Assembly (NCBI RefSeq): GCF_028368995.1
Contig: NZ_JAQNDL010000003.1
Coordinates: 416,001 to 480,000 of the forward strand
Source: Nannocystis bainbridge
GTDB lineage: Bacteria > Myxococcota_A > Polyangia > Nannocystales > Nannocystaceae
DNA: 64,000 nucleotides
Direction of reading: 5' to 3'
Program-made: the position numbers and the translations under genes
The notes under the pieces: model-generated
What the model was told of the DNA's origin: nothing
The model's database searches: none
The model's input: the letters and a program-made list of their open reading frames with translations, nothing else
In this document: piece by piece, positions 1 to 9,081 of the stretch
Layout of the letters: every line of letters begins with the position of its first letter
Position numbering within the stretch: the stretch's first letter is position 1

Positions 1-491
1 CCGGCCGCGTCGCGCCCGACGTCGCAGCAGCCGCCCTCGACCACGCGCTCGCCCGCGGGCTGCTGGAGCTGCGGGGCGACGTGCTCGTGCGCGGCGGCAC
101 CGAGCCCACGCCGGGCCTCTCGCCGATCGGGCACAAGGTCCTCGATCTCTACATCCGCGCTGGCGTCGCCCCGCCCACCCTTAAAGAGGTACAGGCCGCG
201 GCCAACCTCGGCGAGCGCCAGGCCCTCGACACGCTGACCGCCCTGCAGAAGGCCGGCGTCCTGGTGCGGGTCTCCCCCGATCTCTCGCTCGCCCGCGAGC
301 ACCACGCCGCGCTGGTCGACAAAGTCCGGTCTCACCTGCGCACGAGCCCGCAAATCGACGTTCAGGCGCTCAAGGCGTTGACGGGTCTGTCGCGCAAGTT
401 CGTGGTGCCCTTCCTCGAGCACCTGGACCGGCTGGGCATCACTCGCCGGCAAGGCGAGGCCCGAATCGCGGGTCCAAAGCTCCACGTTTGA
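1..491 (+). CDS. selB: Selenocysteine-specific elongation factor SelB, C-terminal winged-helix part (5' truncated by window)
   Basis: C-terminal motif LKALTGLSRKFVVPFLEHLDRLGITRRQGEAR is typical of the SECIS-binding WH4 domain; selA nearby. Confidence 0.85.
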   Translation, partial: GRVAPDVAAAALDHALARGLLELRGDVLVRGGTEPTPGLSPIGHKVLDLYIRAGVAPPTLKEVQAAANLGERQALDTLTALQKAGVLVRVSPDLSLAREHHAALVDKVRSHLRTSPQIDVQALKALTGLSRKFVVPFLEHLDRLGITRRQGEARIAGPKLHV

Positions 492-811
492 GCAGCGCCG
501 CCATGCGAGAGCTAGTGACTCGCTCGCCGCCGACCACCCTCTCGCACCCGGTCGTCCCTTTGCACGCCATCCTCGCGCTCGTTCGCGCGGGCGCTTCCTA
601 CATGTCCCTTGCGCAAGGTGTCCCAATGCCGGTCCGTGACGAGCCTCGCGCCTCCCGTCCCTGTACAAGCTGGCGGCGAGCCGATACCGTACGCCGCATG
701 CATGCTGTCACCTCGGCCTCGCCGACGGCTCGGTTCGCCGTCTCGCCGGGGTACGACGGCACGCCGTCAACCTCAGCTCCGTCCCGGTCCTAGCGGGGCA
801 GGAGGGTCCAA

Positions 812-1480
812 GTGGGTCGCCTCAAGATATTCTCGCTGTTCTTCGGCGTCGGCCTCGTATCTGCGCTCGCCCCGATGCTCGTGGGCGGCTGCACGCAGTG
901 CGAAGAGTTCCGCGAATGCACCACCAAGCCGGGCCTGCGCTATGTCGAGTGCGGCAACACCCAGCACGAGTTCAACGACGGCGTCTCGGTCGAGGACGAG
1001 GACATCGCCTGGGATTATTGCTACTGCAACAGCAGCCGGCTGCAGTGCGAGAACGGCTCGAGCCTGCGCATGTGCAATTACATGACCGTCGACGGCAGCA
1101 CCGCCGCCCAGTACAACGACGGCACGGTCGCCGAGCTCACCACCGCGGTCGCGGGCTGCCTCGAATACACCGGCTGCGCCATCGAGACCGCGCGCTGCAA
1201 CTACGGCAGCTGGTATCTCAACTGTTCGCGCGGCGAGGAGCGGGCCTTCGTCAGCGGCGCCGGCGCCGTCTTCAAGGACGAGAAGAACGCCGTCGACACC
1301 TGCGTCGCCCGCGGCCCCGGCGGCTTCCTCTGCACGCCGATCATCAGCGACTGCGAGGACCTCGACTCGTGCGCCAGCAGCAAGGCCTGCAGCGAGTTCT
1401 GTTCCAAGCCCGCCTGCTTCAACAACAAGAACGCCGCGAGTTGCATCGCCGACCCCGCGTGCCGGTGGACCCCGCAATGA
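812..1480 (+). CDS. Cys-rich putative lipoprotein
   Basis: Hydrophobic signal ending LVGGC, 21 Cys, GC3-rich codons, GGAGG upstream, ATGA overlap with next gene. Confidence 0.7.
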   Translation: MGRLKIFSLFFGVGLVSALAPMLVGGCTQCEEFRECTTKPGLRYVECGNTQHEFNDGVSVEDEDIAWDYCYCNSSRLQCENGSSLRMCNYMTVDGSTAAQYNDGTVAELTTAVAGCLEYTGCAIETARCNYGSWYLNCSRGEERAFVSGAGAVFKDEKNAVDTCVARGPGGFLCTPIISDCEDLDSCASSKACSEFCSKPACFNNKNAASCIADPACRWTPQ

Positions 1481-2601
1481 CCGCGCCTCGCACCCTCCTC
1501 GCCGCGGCGCTCTCGACCGCGCTCGCCCTCCCGGCCCCCGCCCTCGCCGCGCCCGCGCCTGTGCCCGTGGCCGCCGCGCCCGTCGACTGGTCGTCCACCT
1601 TCACGCCGGCCGGCGCCAGCGCCCACCTCGGCGACAAGAAGCCCAACGTCATCGTCATCGCCGCCAACCCCGGTTCGCAGGCGGCCTCGGCGGTGTTCCG
1701 CTCGGCGCTCACCGCCTCGCGGAAGGCCGGCGTGGTGATCGACGGCCAGGCGCTCGGCGCCGTCGAGAGCCTCGACGACCGCGCCATCATCGACCGCGCC
1801 AAGGTCCTCCCGGTCCAGCAGATCGTCATCGTCCGCGTGTTCGAGGGCAGCCCCGGCGACCCGCCCAGCTTCATCGCCATGGGCTACGGCACCGACGGCA
1901 CCGTCTCCGTCGCGCTCAGCGGCACCGCCGGCGTCCCCCTGCCCGAGCCGGAGATGCCGACCGAGGTCAGCGTGCCCGACGCGGTCCCCGACACCGCGGA
2001 GGAGGGCCCCAAGGAGCCGGAGGAGTCGGACGAGGCCAAGCGAGCCCGCGAGGCGGCCGAGCAGGAGTACGCGGCCAAGCGCCTCGACGGCACCTGGGGC
2101 GCGCTGCGCCAGGGCACTCCGGGCACCTCGATCACTCCGATGCAGTTCTACGCCGCGATCGGCCGCGATGACCTCGCGCGTCAGGTCGACAGGCGCAAGA
2201 AGACCCGCCTCGGCGTCGCCCTCGGCGGCGGCATCGCCGGCGGCGGCCTGCTCGCGGTCGGCCTCACCTTCCTGATCCTCAACGCCACCGCAGCCCAGAA
2301 CGGCCCCGATTTCGGCGCCGACGACCCGCTGCGGGGCGGCACCGATCGCATCCGCTACCCGCTGTCGATGCCCGTCTCGGGCACGCTGCTCGGCGTCGGC
2401 GCGGCCCTCCTCATCGGCATGGGCGTGTTCCTCGGCGTCTACAAGGCCCACCCGGTCGGCCGCCGCGAGGTCCCCGGCCTCATCGACCGCCACAACCGCG
2501 AGCTCCGCCAGAAGCTCGGCCTGGCCGGCGAGACCGCCAGCGTCCGCCTCGCTCCCAGCCTCGGCGCCAGCAACGGCCTCGTGCTCATCGGCCGCTTCTG
2601 A
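1477..2601 (+). CDS. Hypothetical exported/membrane protein
   Basis: MTAPRTLLAAAL signal peptide, two C-terminal hydrophobic segments, myxobacterial-type ...LVLIGRF end. Confidence 0.7.
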   Translation: MTAPRTLLAAALSTALALPAPALAAPAPVPVAAAPVDWSSTFTPAGASAHLGDKKPNVIVIAANPGSQAASAVFRSALTASRKAGVVIDGQALGAVESLDDRAIIDRAKVLPVQQIVIVRVFEGSPGDPPSFIAMGYGTDGTVSVALSGTAGVPLPEPEMPTEVSVPDAVPDTAEEGPKEPEESDEAKRAREAAEQEYAAKRLDGTWGALRQGTPGTSITPMQFYAAIGRDDLARQVDRRKKTRLGVALGGGIAGGGLLAVGLTFLILNATAAQNGPDFGADDPLRGGTDRIRYPLSMPVSGTLLGVGAALLIGMGVFLGVYKAHPVGRREVPGLIDRHNRELRQKLGLAGETASVRLAPSLGASNGLVLIGRF

Positions 2602-2605
2602 AGCA

Positions 2606-2643
2606 GGCCTGTCTCTCGGGACATGCTCTTCGGAGCATGTCCC
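2606..2643. repeat. 14-bp-phased GACATGTC-family array forming a perfect hairpin between convergent genes
   Basis: Cores at 2606, 2620, 2634; GGGACATGCTC-TTCG-GAGCATGTCCC at 2618-2643. Confidence 0.85.
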
Positions 2644-2644
2644 T

Positions 2645-4012
2645 TCAGCCAGTCAGCACCGCCCGCACCGCCGTCGCCAGCGCGGCCTCCTCCTCCGGCG
2701 CGACCGTCCGCAGGTCGAGCAGCAGCTCGCCCCCGCTGACGCGCCCGACCACGCCGGCCCGCCGCAGCGCCGCCGCCGTCGCGGTCGGATCGGCCGTCGG
2801 CACCGCCAGCGCCGCGCTCGCCATCACGTCGCCCGGCAGCGAGCCGCCGCCGACGGTCGCCTCGCTGTCCCGGACCTGCCCCAAAGGCCAGCCGAGCAGC
2901 TGCGCCAGCGCCCCGGCCCGCGCGCGCAGCTGCTCCGCCGCCGGCGCCATCATGCGCCGCAGCGGCAGCGTTTCGGCCTGCCCGCTCGCGTAGGCGATCG
3001 CGGTCGCGTGCAGCGCCGCGACCGTGGTCTTGTCGGGCCGGAGGGCCCGCGCCAGCGGATGCCTGCGGCACTTCCCGACCAGCGCGGCCGAGCCGGCGAG
3101 CAGCCCCGCTTGCGGCCCGCCCAGCAGCTTGTCGCCGCTGCACGTCACGAGCTCTGCCCCCTGGGCCAGGTACTCCTGGACCGTCGGCTCGTCGCCCGCG
3201 ATCCCGCCCAGCGAGCCCGACCCGAGATCGGCGATGAGCGGCGCCCCGCGCTCGCGGCCCAGCGCCGCCAGCTCGCCCAGCGTCGGCTGGTGGACGAACC
3301 CCGCCTGCAAGAAGTTGCTGAGGTGCACCCACAGGATCGCCGACGCCCCCGCCGATTGCCCCGGCAGCTCGCCCGCCAGCCCCGCGGCGTAGTCGGCCAC
3401 GTGCGTCCGGTTGGTGCTGCCCGCCTCCCACACCTGCGCCCCGCCGGCCGCCGCCATCTCGGCCACGCGAAAGCCGTCGCCGATCTCCACCATCTGCCCG
3501 CGCGACAGCACCACCCCGCCCGGCCGGCCCACCGCCGTGCACGCCAGCAACAGCGCCGCAGCCCCGTTGTTGACCACGTGCACGTCCTCGGTCCCGAGCA
3601 GCGCTGCCAACAGCGGCCGCAGCCACGTCAGTCGCGACCCGCGCCGTCCCGTCTCGACCTCGAACTCGAGCTCGCAGTTGCCCGCCGCCGCCGTCATCGC
3701 CGCGACTGCCTCTCGGGACAGGGGCGCCCGCCCGAGGTTGGTGTGCAGCAGCACTCCGGTCGCGTTGATCAGCGCCCGCGGCCGCGGCGTCATCACCTCG
3801 GCCAGCCGCCTGGCCACCTCGCCGGCGATCGCCTCGACCTCGGGCGCCTCGGCGATCTCGCCGGCCTGCGCCCGCCGCCGCAGCTCCGCCAGCACCTCGT
3901 GGACCTGGCGCTTCTGGATCGTCCGCAGCGCCGGCGACGACGCGAGCGCCGGGTGTTCGAGGATCCGATCGACGCGGGGCAGGCGGAGCGACATGCCCTC
4001 TACTGCTGCCAC
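2645..4012 (-). CDS. selA: L-seryl-tRNA(Sec) selenium transferase
   Basis: INATGVLLHTNLGRAPL, VVNNGAAA, SRGQMVEIGDGFR, CSGDKLLGGPQAG (PLP lysine) motifs. Confidence 0.95.
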   Translation of the reverse strand: MAAVEGMSLRLPRVDRILEHPALASSPALRTIQKRQVHEVLAELRRRAQAGEIAEAPEVEAIAGEVARRLAEVMTPRPRALINATGVLLHTNLGRAPLSREAVAAMTAAAGNCELEFEVETGRRGSRLTWLRPLLAALLGTEDVHVVNNGAAALLLACTAVGRPGGVVLSRGQMVEIGDGFRVAEMAAAGGAQVWEAGSTNRTHVADYAAGLAGELPGQSAGASAILWVHLSNFLQAGFVHQPTLGELAALGRERGAPLIADLGSGSLGGIAGDEPTVQEYLAQGAELVTCSGDKLLGGPQAGLLAGSAALVGKCRRHPLARALRPDKTTVAALHATAIAYASGQAETLPLRRMMAPAAEQLRARAGALAQLLGWPLGQVRDSEATVGGGSLPGDVMASAALAVPTADPTATAAALRRAGVVGRVSGGELLLDLRTVAPEEEAALATAVRAVLTG

Positions 4013-4482
4013 AAGAGCAGCGCCACGACGAGCGCCGCGAACCCCAGCGTCGCCGCGGCCGGCAGCAGCAGCGACTCGCCCGACTCGCCCGCCAGGGCCT
4101 GCCGCACCCGCGTCACCGTCACCTCGCCCCCGCGCCGCAGCGCCGCGTCGACCTGCGCGCCCGGGTGGTGCACGCGTAAGGAGATCCCCCCGACCACGAT
4201 CACGTCGCCGTGGGCCAGCGGCGTCGCCCCGACCAGCGCCGTGCCGTCGCGGTACACCCCGTTCTTGCTGCCCAGGTCGGTCACCGTCAGCCCCTCCGGC
4301 GTCACGTCGAGCGCCGCGTGCACCCGCGACACGTCGTCGCCCGCCAGCATCACCGCCACCCCGGCCTCGCGGCCGACCAGCGCCCGCCCTGGCCGCAGCG
4401 CGTGCGTCCGACCGCGCCCCGCTCCGCTCTCCTCGCGCACGAAGATCTCCGGCTCACGACCCACGCCGCGACCATAGCTCAT
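4000..4482 (-). CDS. FHA domain protein with C-terminal transmembrane helix
   Basis: VGR...VSRVHA...DLGSKNGV FHA signature; start overlaps comEC stop. Confidence 0.85.
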   Translation of the reverse strand: MSYGRGVGREPEIFVREESGAGRGRTHALRPGRALVGREAGVAVMLAGDDVSRVHAALDVTPEGLTVTDLGSKNGVYRDGTALVGATPLAHGDVIVVGGISLRVHHPGAQVDAALRRGGEVTVTRVRQALAGESGESLLLPAAATLGFAALVVALLLWQQ

Positions 4483-6296
4483 CTCGCGCCCCCGAGCGCC
4501 ACGAACGCCCCGTCGATCCAGCACTCCGGCCCGTCCGGCCCCGCCCCGATCACCACCCGTCGCAGCCGCGTCCTCGCCTGGCACGCCTCCAGTTGTACCC
4601 GCAACGACTTGAGCACAGGTCCTTCGGGACATGTCCCTTCGAACATCATCCCGGCCCGCTCGAGCTCCGCCTGCACCGCCGCGGCCGCCGGCGGGCTGCG
4701 CGGCGCGACCACCTGCGCAGCCCCGCGAAAGCCCAGCGCCGCCAGCAATTCCGGCCACGCCTCCGGCCCCAGCCACGGGTCGCGCACGCACGCCAGCGAC
4801 CGATCGCTCGCCGCCGGCACGATCACCGCTGCGCTGCGCGGGCCCCCGATCGCCACCCACGCCCGCGGCGGCTCCAGCGGCCGCTCGCGCCCGACCCACA
4901 CCAGCGCCGCCAGCACTCCCACGCACGGCAACGTCCCCGGCACCCAGCGCAGCACCGCCGGTCGCCGCACGAACCATCGCAGCCCCAGCCCGATCGTCGC
5001 CAGCCCCGCGAGCAGCGGCCACGGCGGCTCCGGCACCTGCGCGAACAGGCTCGCCAGATCGATCACCACCTGCCCGCCGAGCGCCGCCGGTCGCAGCGCC
5101 TCCGGCCCCCACCACGGCGCCGCCGCCAGCCCCACGATCCCGAGCGGCAGCACCCACAGCGTGAACACCGGCACCGCGATCACGTTGGCCACCACCCCGA
5201 TCAGCGACGCCTGCCCGAAGTGCACCAGAACGATCGGCAATGTCCCGAAGGACACCCGCCAGCTCTGCGCCACCAGCCCGCGCGGCGCCTCCGGGTGGAC
5301 CAGCACCGCCATCGCCGCCAGCGACAGGTGCAGCCCCGGATCCAGCGCCCACGCCGGTCGCCACGCCAGCATCGCCGCGGCCGTCCACGCCAGCGCCGTC
5401 AGCCCGTGCCCCGGCCGGCCCGTCAGCGTCGCCACTTGAGCCAGCCCGAACATCACCGCCGCCCGCAACGCCGGGGGTTCGCCGCCTGTAACCCCCAGGT
5501 AGGCCAGCACCGGCAGCCACGCCAGCGCTGCCGCCAGCGTCAGCGATCCACCGAGCAGCAGACCGGCGCGCAGCAGCGGCCCCTGGACCAGCGCCGCTGC
5601 CACTGCCACGTTCATCCCGCTGACCGCCACCACGTGGCCGAGTCCTGCCCTTCGCAGCGCTGTCCGGCGTTCGGGCGCGAGCGCCGCGGGCTGGCCCAGC
5701 ACCGACGCCACCACGAAGCCCAGCGCCGGGTCGCCGCGTGCGGCTCGCGTCGTCCCGTCGCGCAGCTCGGCCACTGCCCGCCAGTAACCCTCGCTCCGCG
5801 GCCCCGCACGCCACGCGTTCTCCACCGAAAACGCCGCCACGGCCCCGTCGCGGGCTGGATCGAAGCTCCCCGCACCCGGCCACGACGGACCCTCGCGACG
5901 CGCGAGATCTCCGGCCTTGAGCCAGATTGGATCGCCCGCTGCAAGCGGACAAATCGCCTCGGGTACGTGCAGGGACCACACATTCGAGCTCCCTGCCGGT
6001 GTCGCAAACACGGCACAGCCCGCCGCTGCAGGGGCGCTCGCCCCGCGGACCGTCACGCGGATCAGCCCGGGCCCCGCGATCTCCGGCGCCTCCGCTTGCG
6101 GCAGCCGCCCACGCGCCGCCCCGGCCAGGCCTGCTGCCAGCACCACCGCGGGCGCTGCCAGCTTGCGGAGCCGCTGGCTCGCCGCTGCCGACAGCCCTGC
6201 CGCGCCTGCCAGCGCTGCTGAGTCTGCCCAGCCCGCATGCGCGAAACCGAGCACGACACCCATACACCAGGCCAGGCAGAAACACAGCGGCAGCAC
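4479..6296 (-). CDS. comEC: ComEC/Rec2 family competence protein (start uncertain)
   Basis: GLGHVVAVSGMNV, PPALRAAVM, DPGLHLS, HFGQASLIGVVANVIAVP competence-domain motifs. Confidence 0.85.
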   Translation of the reverse strand: MLPLCFCLAWCMGVVLGFAHAGWADSAALAGAAGLSAAASQRLRKLAAPAVVLAAGLAGAARGRLPQAEAPEIAGPGLIRVTVRGASAPAAAGCAVFATPAGSSNVWSLHVPEAICPLAAGDPIWLKAGDLARREGPSWPGAGSFDPARDGAVAAFSVENAWRAGPRSEGYWRAVAELRDGTTRAARGDPALGFVVASVLGQPAALAPERRTALRRAGLGHVVAVSGMNVAVAAALVQGPLLRAGLLLGGSLTLAAALAWLPVLAYLGVTGGEPPALRAAVMFGLAQVATLTGRPGHGLTALAWTAAAMLAWRPAWALDPGLHLSLAAMAVLVHPEAPRGLVAQSWRVSFGTLPIVLVHFGQASLIGVVANVIAVPVFTLWVLPLGIVGLAAAPWWGPEALRPAALGGQVVIDLASLFAQVPEPPWPLLAGLATIGLGLRWFVRRPAVLRWVPGTLPCVGVLAALVWVGRERPLEPPRAWVAIGGPRSAAVIVPAASDRSLACVRDPWLGPEAWPELLAALGFRGAAQVVAPRSPPAAAAVQAELERAGMMFEGTCPEGPVLKSLRVQLEACQARTRLRRVVIGAGPDGPECWIDGAFVALGGAR

Positions 6297-6423
6297 CTGG
6301 AAGAGTCGCTGCGACGGCGTTTCTTTTTGCAGCAGGGCGAGCGCGGACTTGCTCTGCCCTAGGACCTCGGATGCACTGCGAAATTGCCAGCGCCGGCCAC
6401 GTGGCCCTACACTAGGCCCAATC

Positions 6424-8118
6424 GTGCTGCTGACGAAGATCTGGGCTGCAATCCTCGCATGCCTCGCGACGGCCTTCCTCGCGGGTATGTTCCTCCTGTC
6501 TTTTGGGACCGCTGGAGGCTTCACGGACGCGGACCGTGCCGCACTCAAGGCGAAGACCGAGGCCGGTGTGGTCGCGCTCGAGGCCGCGATCCAGGCCTCA
6601 CCCGTCGCGCGAGCGCCGGCGATCCTGGCCGATCCGTATCTCAAACTCGCGCTCAATCCGGGTCAGCCCGGAGTCGGCAAGGTGACCCCGCCGTCGCTGG
6701 CTGACGCCTTCGCCACCGCCGCCAATTCGGCCGTGCTGTCCGACAACACGCAGATGACCGTCGGCCTGTTCGACAAGTCGGGCGCGCTGCTGGTGTACGC
6801 CGGCGGCGGGCACGACGAGCTCGTCGAGGCCGCGCTGCTGCCCAACTTCGTCACTGCCGCGACCGACAAGGAAGACCAGTTCTCCGCGGCGCTGCGCGGC
6901 TCGCTGCACGTCGTGCGGATCTCCAAGTCCGACGAGGCCAACCGGCGGCTCGTCGCCATTCACCCGCTCGACCTCGGCGCCAACTCGATCTTCCGCCGGA
7001 TCCTCGGCACGCAGAACCCTGCCGCCCTGGTGCGCAGCGGTCAGCCGCTCGAGAACACCCTGATCAACCCCGGCAACAGCGGCGACGCGCTCACCAAGTT
7101 CGCCACGGAGCACGGCAAGGACGCCCCCGGCGTCGGTGCCAGCGACGCCTACAAGGTCGGCGACGGCCTCAACGCCCGCATCGGCTCGATCGGTCGTGTG
7201 CCCGGGCCTGCCGGCGCCGGCGACGACGGCACCATGCTCGTCGTGCTCTCGGCCAACACCGCCGCTGCCGGGCAGAAGGACCTGTTCTCCGCCCTCAGCG
7301 ACGCCAAGGCCAACGGCTTGAGCGGCGAGCACCTCGCCATCCTCCTGTTCGTCCTCGCCATCGGCCTCGCCCTCGCCCTGTACTTGCCGAACCTCGAGGC
7401 CGCCAACCCGATCCGTCGCCTCACCGCCGAGTTCACCGCCATGCGGCTCGGCTCGCAGCAGCAGCTCTTCTACGACACCTACGGCACCGGCCCCGTCGCC
7501 GACCTCGCCAAGTCGGCGCACGCCTATCACGAGGCCCTGCGCTCGAGCCTCGCCGCCGGCGTCGCCGACGAAGACGTCGATCCCAGCGGTCGCGCCTCGC
7601 GGCGCGTCCAGGCCGTCAGCCCCACGCGTTCGCACCGCAAGGTCGGGCGCACCGGCGCTGCCGATCGCATCGACGCTGCGCCCGTGGTCGCCACCCCGGG
7701 CCCGGCCGAGGACGAGGCGCCGACCATGGCGCACCCCTCCTTGCCGTCCTCGAGTCAGCCGGCCGCCGGCCGCGGTCCTGGCTTCTTCACCATGCCTGCG
7801 ACCAAGCCGCTGCGCTCGCGCGAGACCGTCATCGGCAACCTGATGACGATGGACAACGACGCCCAGGGCGCCGGGCCCGAGCCGGCCAAGGACGACGCCG
7901 TGCGCGAGGCCTACTACCAGGAGGTCTTCGAGGAGTTCGTGAAGTTCAAGCTCGAGAACAACGAGCCGATCGACAACTTCACCTACGAGAAATTCGCCAC
8001 CAAGCTGCGGGCCAACACCGCCGAGCTGATGAAGCGGCCCGACGTGAAGGACGTGCAGTTCTCGGTCTACATCAAGGACGGCAAGGTCGCGCTCAAGGCG
8101 CGCGTCGTCCGCGGGTAA
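6424..8118 (+). CDS. Membrane protein with MXAN_5187-like C-terminal domain
   Basis: Two TM segments; C-terminus FTYEKFATKLRAN...VQFSVYIKDGKVALKA resembles the MXAN_5187 family. Confidence 0.7.
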   Translation: MLLTKIWAAILACLATAFLAGMFLLSFGTAGGFTDADRAALKAKTEAGVVALEAAIQASPVARAPAILADPYLKLALNPGQPGVGKVTPPSLADAFATAANSAVLSDNTQMTVGLFDKSGALLVYAGGGHDELVEAALLPNFVTAATDKEDQFSAALRGSLHVVRISKSDEANRRLVAIHPLDLGANSIFRRILGTQNPAALVRSGQPLENTLINPGNSGDALTKFATEHGKDAPGVGASDAYKVGDGLNARIGSIGRVPGPAGAGDDGTMLVVLSANTAAAGQKDLFSALSDAKANGLSGEHLAILLFVLAIGLALALYLPNLEAANPIRRLTAEFTAMRLGSQQQLFYDTYGTGPVADLAKSAHAYHEALRSSLAAGVADEDVDPSGRASRRVQAVSPTRSHRKVGRTGAADRIDAAPVVATPGPAEDEAPTMAHPSLPSSSQPAAGRGPGFFTMPATKPLRSRETVIGNLMTMDNDAQGAGPEPAKDDAVREAYYQEVFEEFVKFKLENNEPIDNFTYEKFATKLRANTAELMKRPDVKDVQFSVYIKDGKVALKARVVRG

Positions 8119-8224
8119 GCGCACGTCAGCGCGCGGCCCGAACGGGCTGCGAGCATCGAGGCCCGGGTCGGACCGCCATGGTCCCCCCGGGCCTCTGCAT
8201 GTCCGCTGCATTACACTGGGCCCG

Positions 8225-8800
8225 ATGCCGATCCTCAAAGTCGCCCAGATCGGGCACCCCGTGCTGCGCCAGAAGGCCCGCGAAGTCAGCCGCGAGGAGC
8301 TGCTGACCCCGGCGTTTCAGGCGTTCATCGACTCGATGATCGAGACCATGCGCGACGCCCAGGGCGCCGGCCTCGCCGCCAACCAGGTCCACGAGCCGGT
8401 GCGCGTGTGCGTCATCGAGGTCAAGGACAACCCGCGCTACCCCTACAAGCCCAACATCCCGCTGACGGTCCTCGTCAACCCCGTGCTGACCCCGCTGTGT
8501 GGCACGCGGTTCGAGAACTACGAGGGTTGCCTGTCGGTCCCCGACCTGCGCGGCATCGTCTATCGCTCGGTCGAGATCCGCGTCGAGGCGCTCGACCGCC
8601 TCGGCAACCCGATCGACAAGGTCGTCCGCGGCGTCACGGCCGGCACCTTCCAGCACGAGTGCGACCACCTCGACGGCATGCTGTTCGTCGACCGCGTCGA
8701 GGACCCTCGCACCTTCTGCACCTGGAAGGAGTTCGCCCGCCAGCACGAGGGCCGCTTCCGCGAGCACGTCAAGGAGCTCGTCGAGCACTACGGCTCCTGA
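8225..8800 (+). CDS. def: Peptide deformylase
   Basis: GAGLAANQV, EGCLSV, QHECDHLDG motifs. Confidence 0.95.
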   Translation: MPILKVAQIGHPVLRQKAREVSREELLTPAFQAFIDSMIETMRDAQGAGLAANQVHEPVRVCVIEVKDNPRYPYKPNIPLTVLVNPVLTPLCGTRFENYEGCLSVPDLRGIVYRSVEIRVEALDRLGNPIDKVVRGVTAGTFQHECDHLDGMLFVDRVEDPRTFCTWKEFARQHEGRFREHVKELVEHYGS

Positions 8801-8877
8801 GCGCCGCCACGCGCGACCTCGCCGCGGTGGTGCCTGCGTCCCCCTGAGCGCCGCGGATGTCCTGGCCGTGCCAGACT

Positions 8878-8913
8878 GACATGCCCCTTTGAACATGCCC
8901 GAACGGGCATGTC
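8878..8913. repeat. 14-bp-phased array (3 cores) downstream of def
   Basis: gacatgcc 8878, aacatgcc 8892, ggcatgtc 8906. Confidence 0.8.
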
Positions 8914-9081
8914 CGATGTGCCAGCTTCGGCTCGCGCTCGCCGCGGTCCGCCGGCGCGCAGCGGCGCCCGCAGACGCTGGCCCGCGGACCCGGCGATCTC
9001 GGGGTCCGAGCGGCCCGGGGCGGCGCGGACCCGGGTTCGGGCGGGCGCGTGCGGGCTTGCGATGGTACACTCGCGCCGCTC

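Noticed and set aside
492-811. tRNA-Sec (selC) or a selenoprotein near selB/selA
   Set aside because: No cloverleaf or T-loop recognised; AhpC and AhpD use Cys codons; no convincing in-frame UGA gene seen
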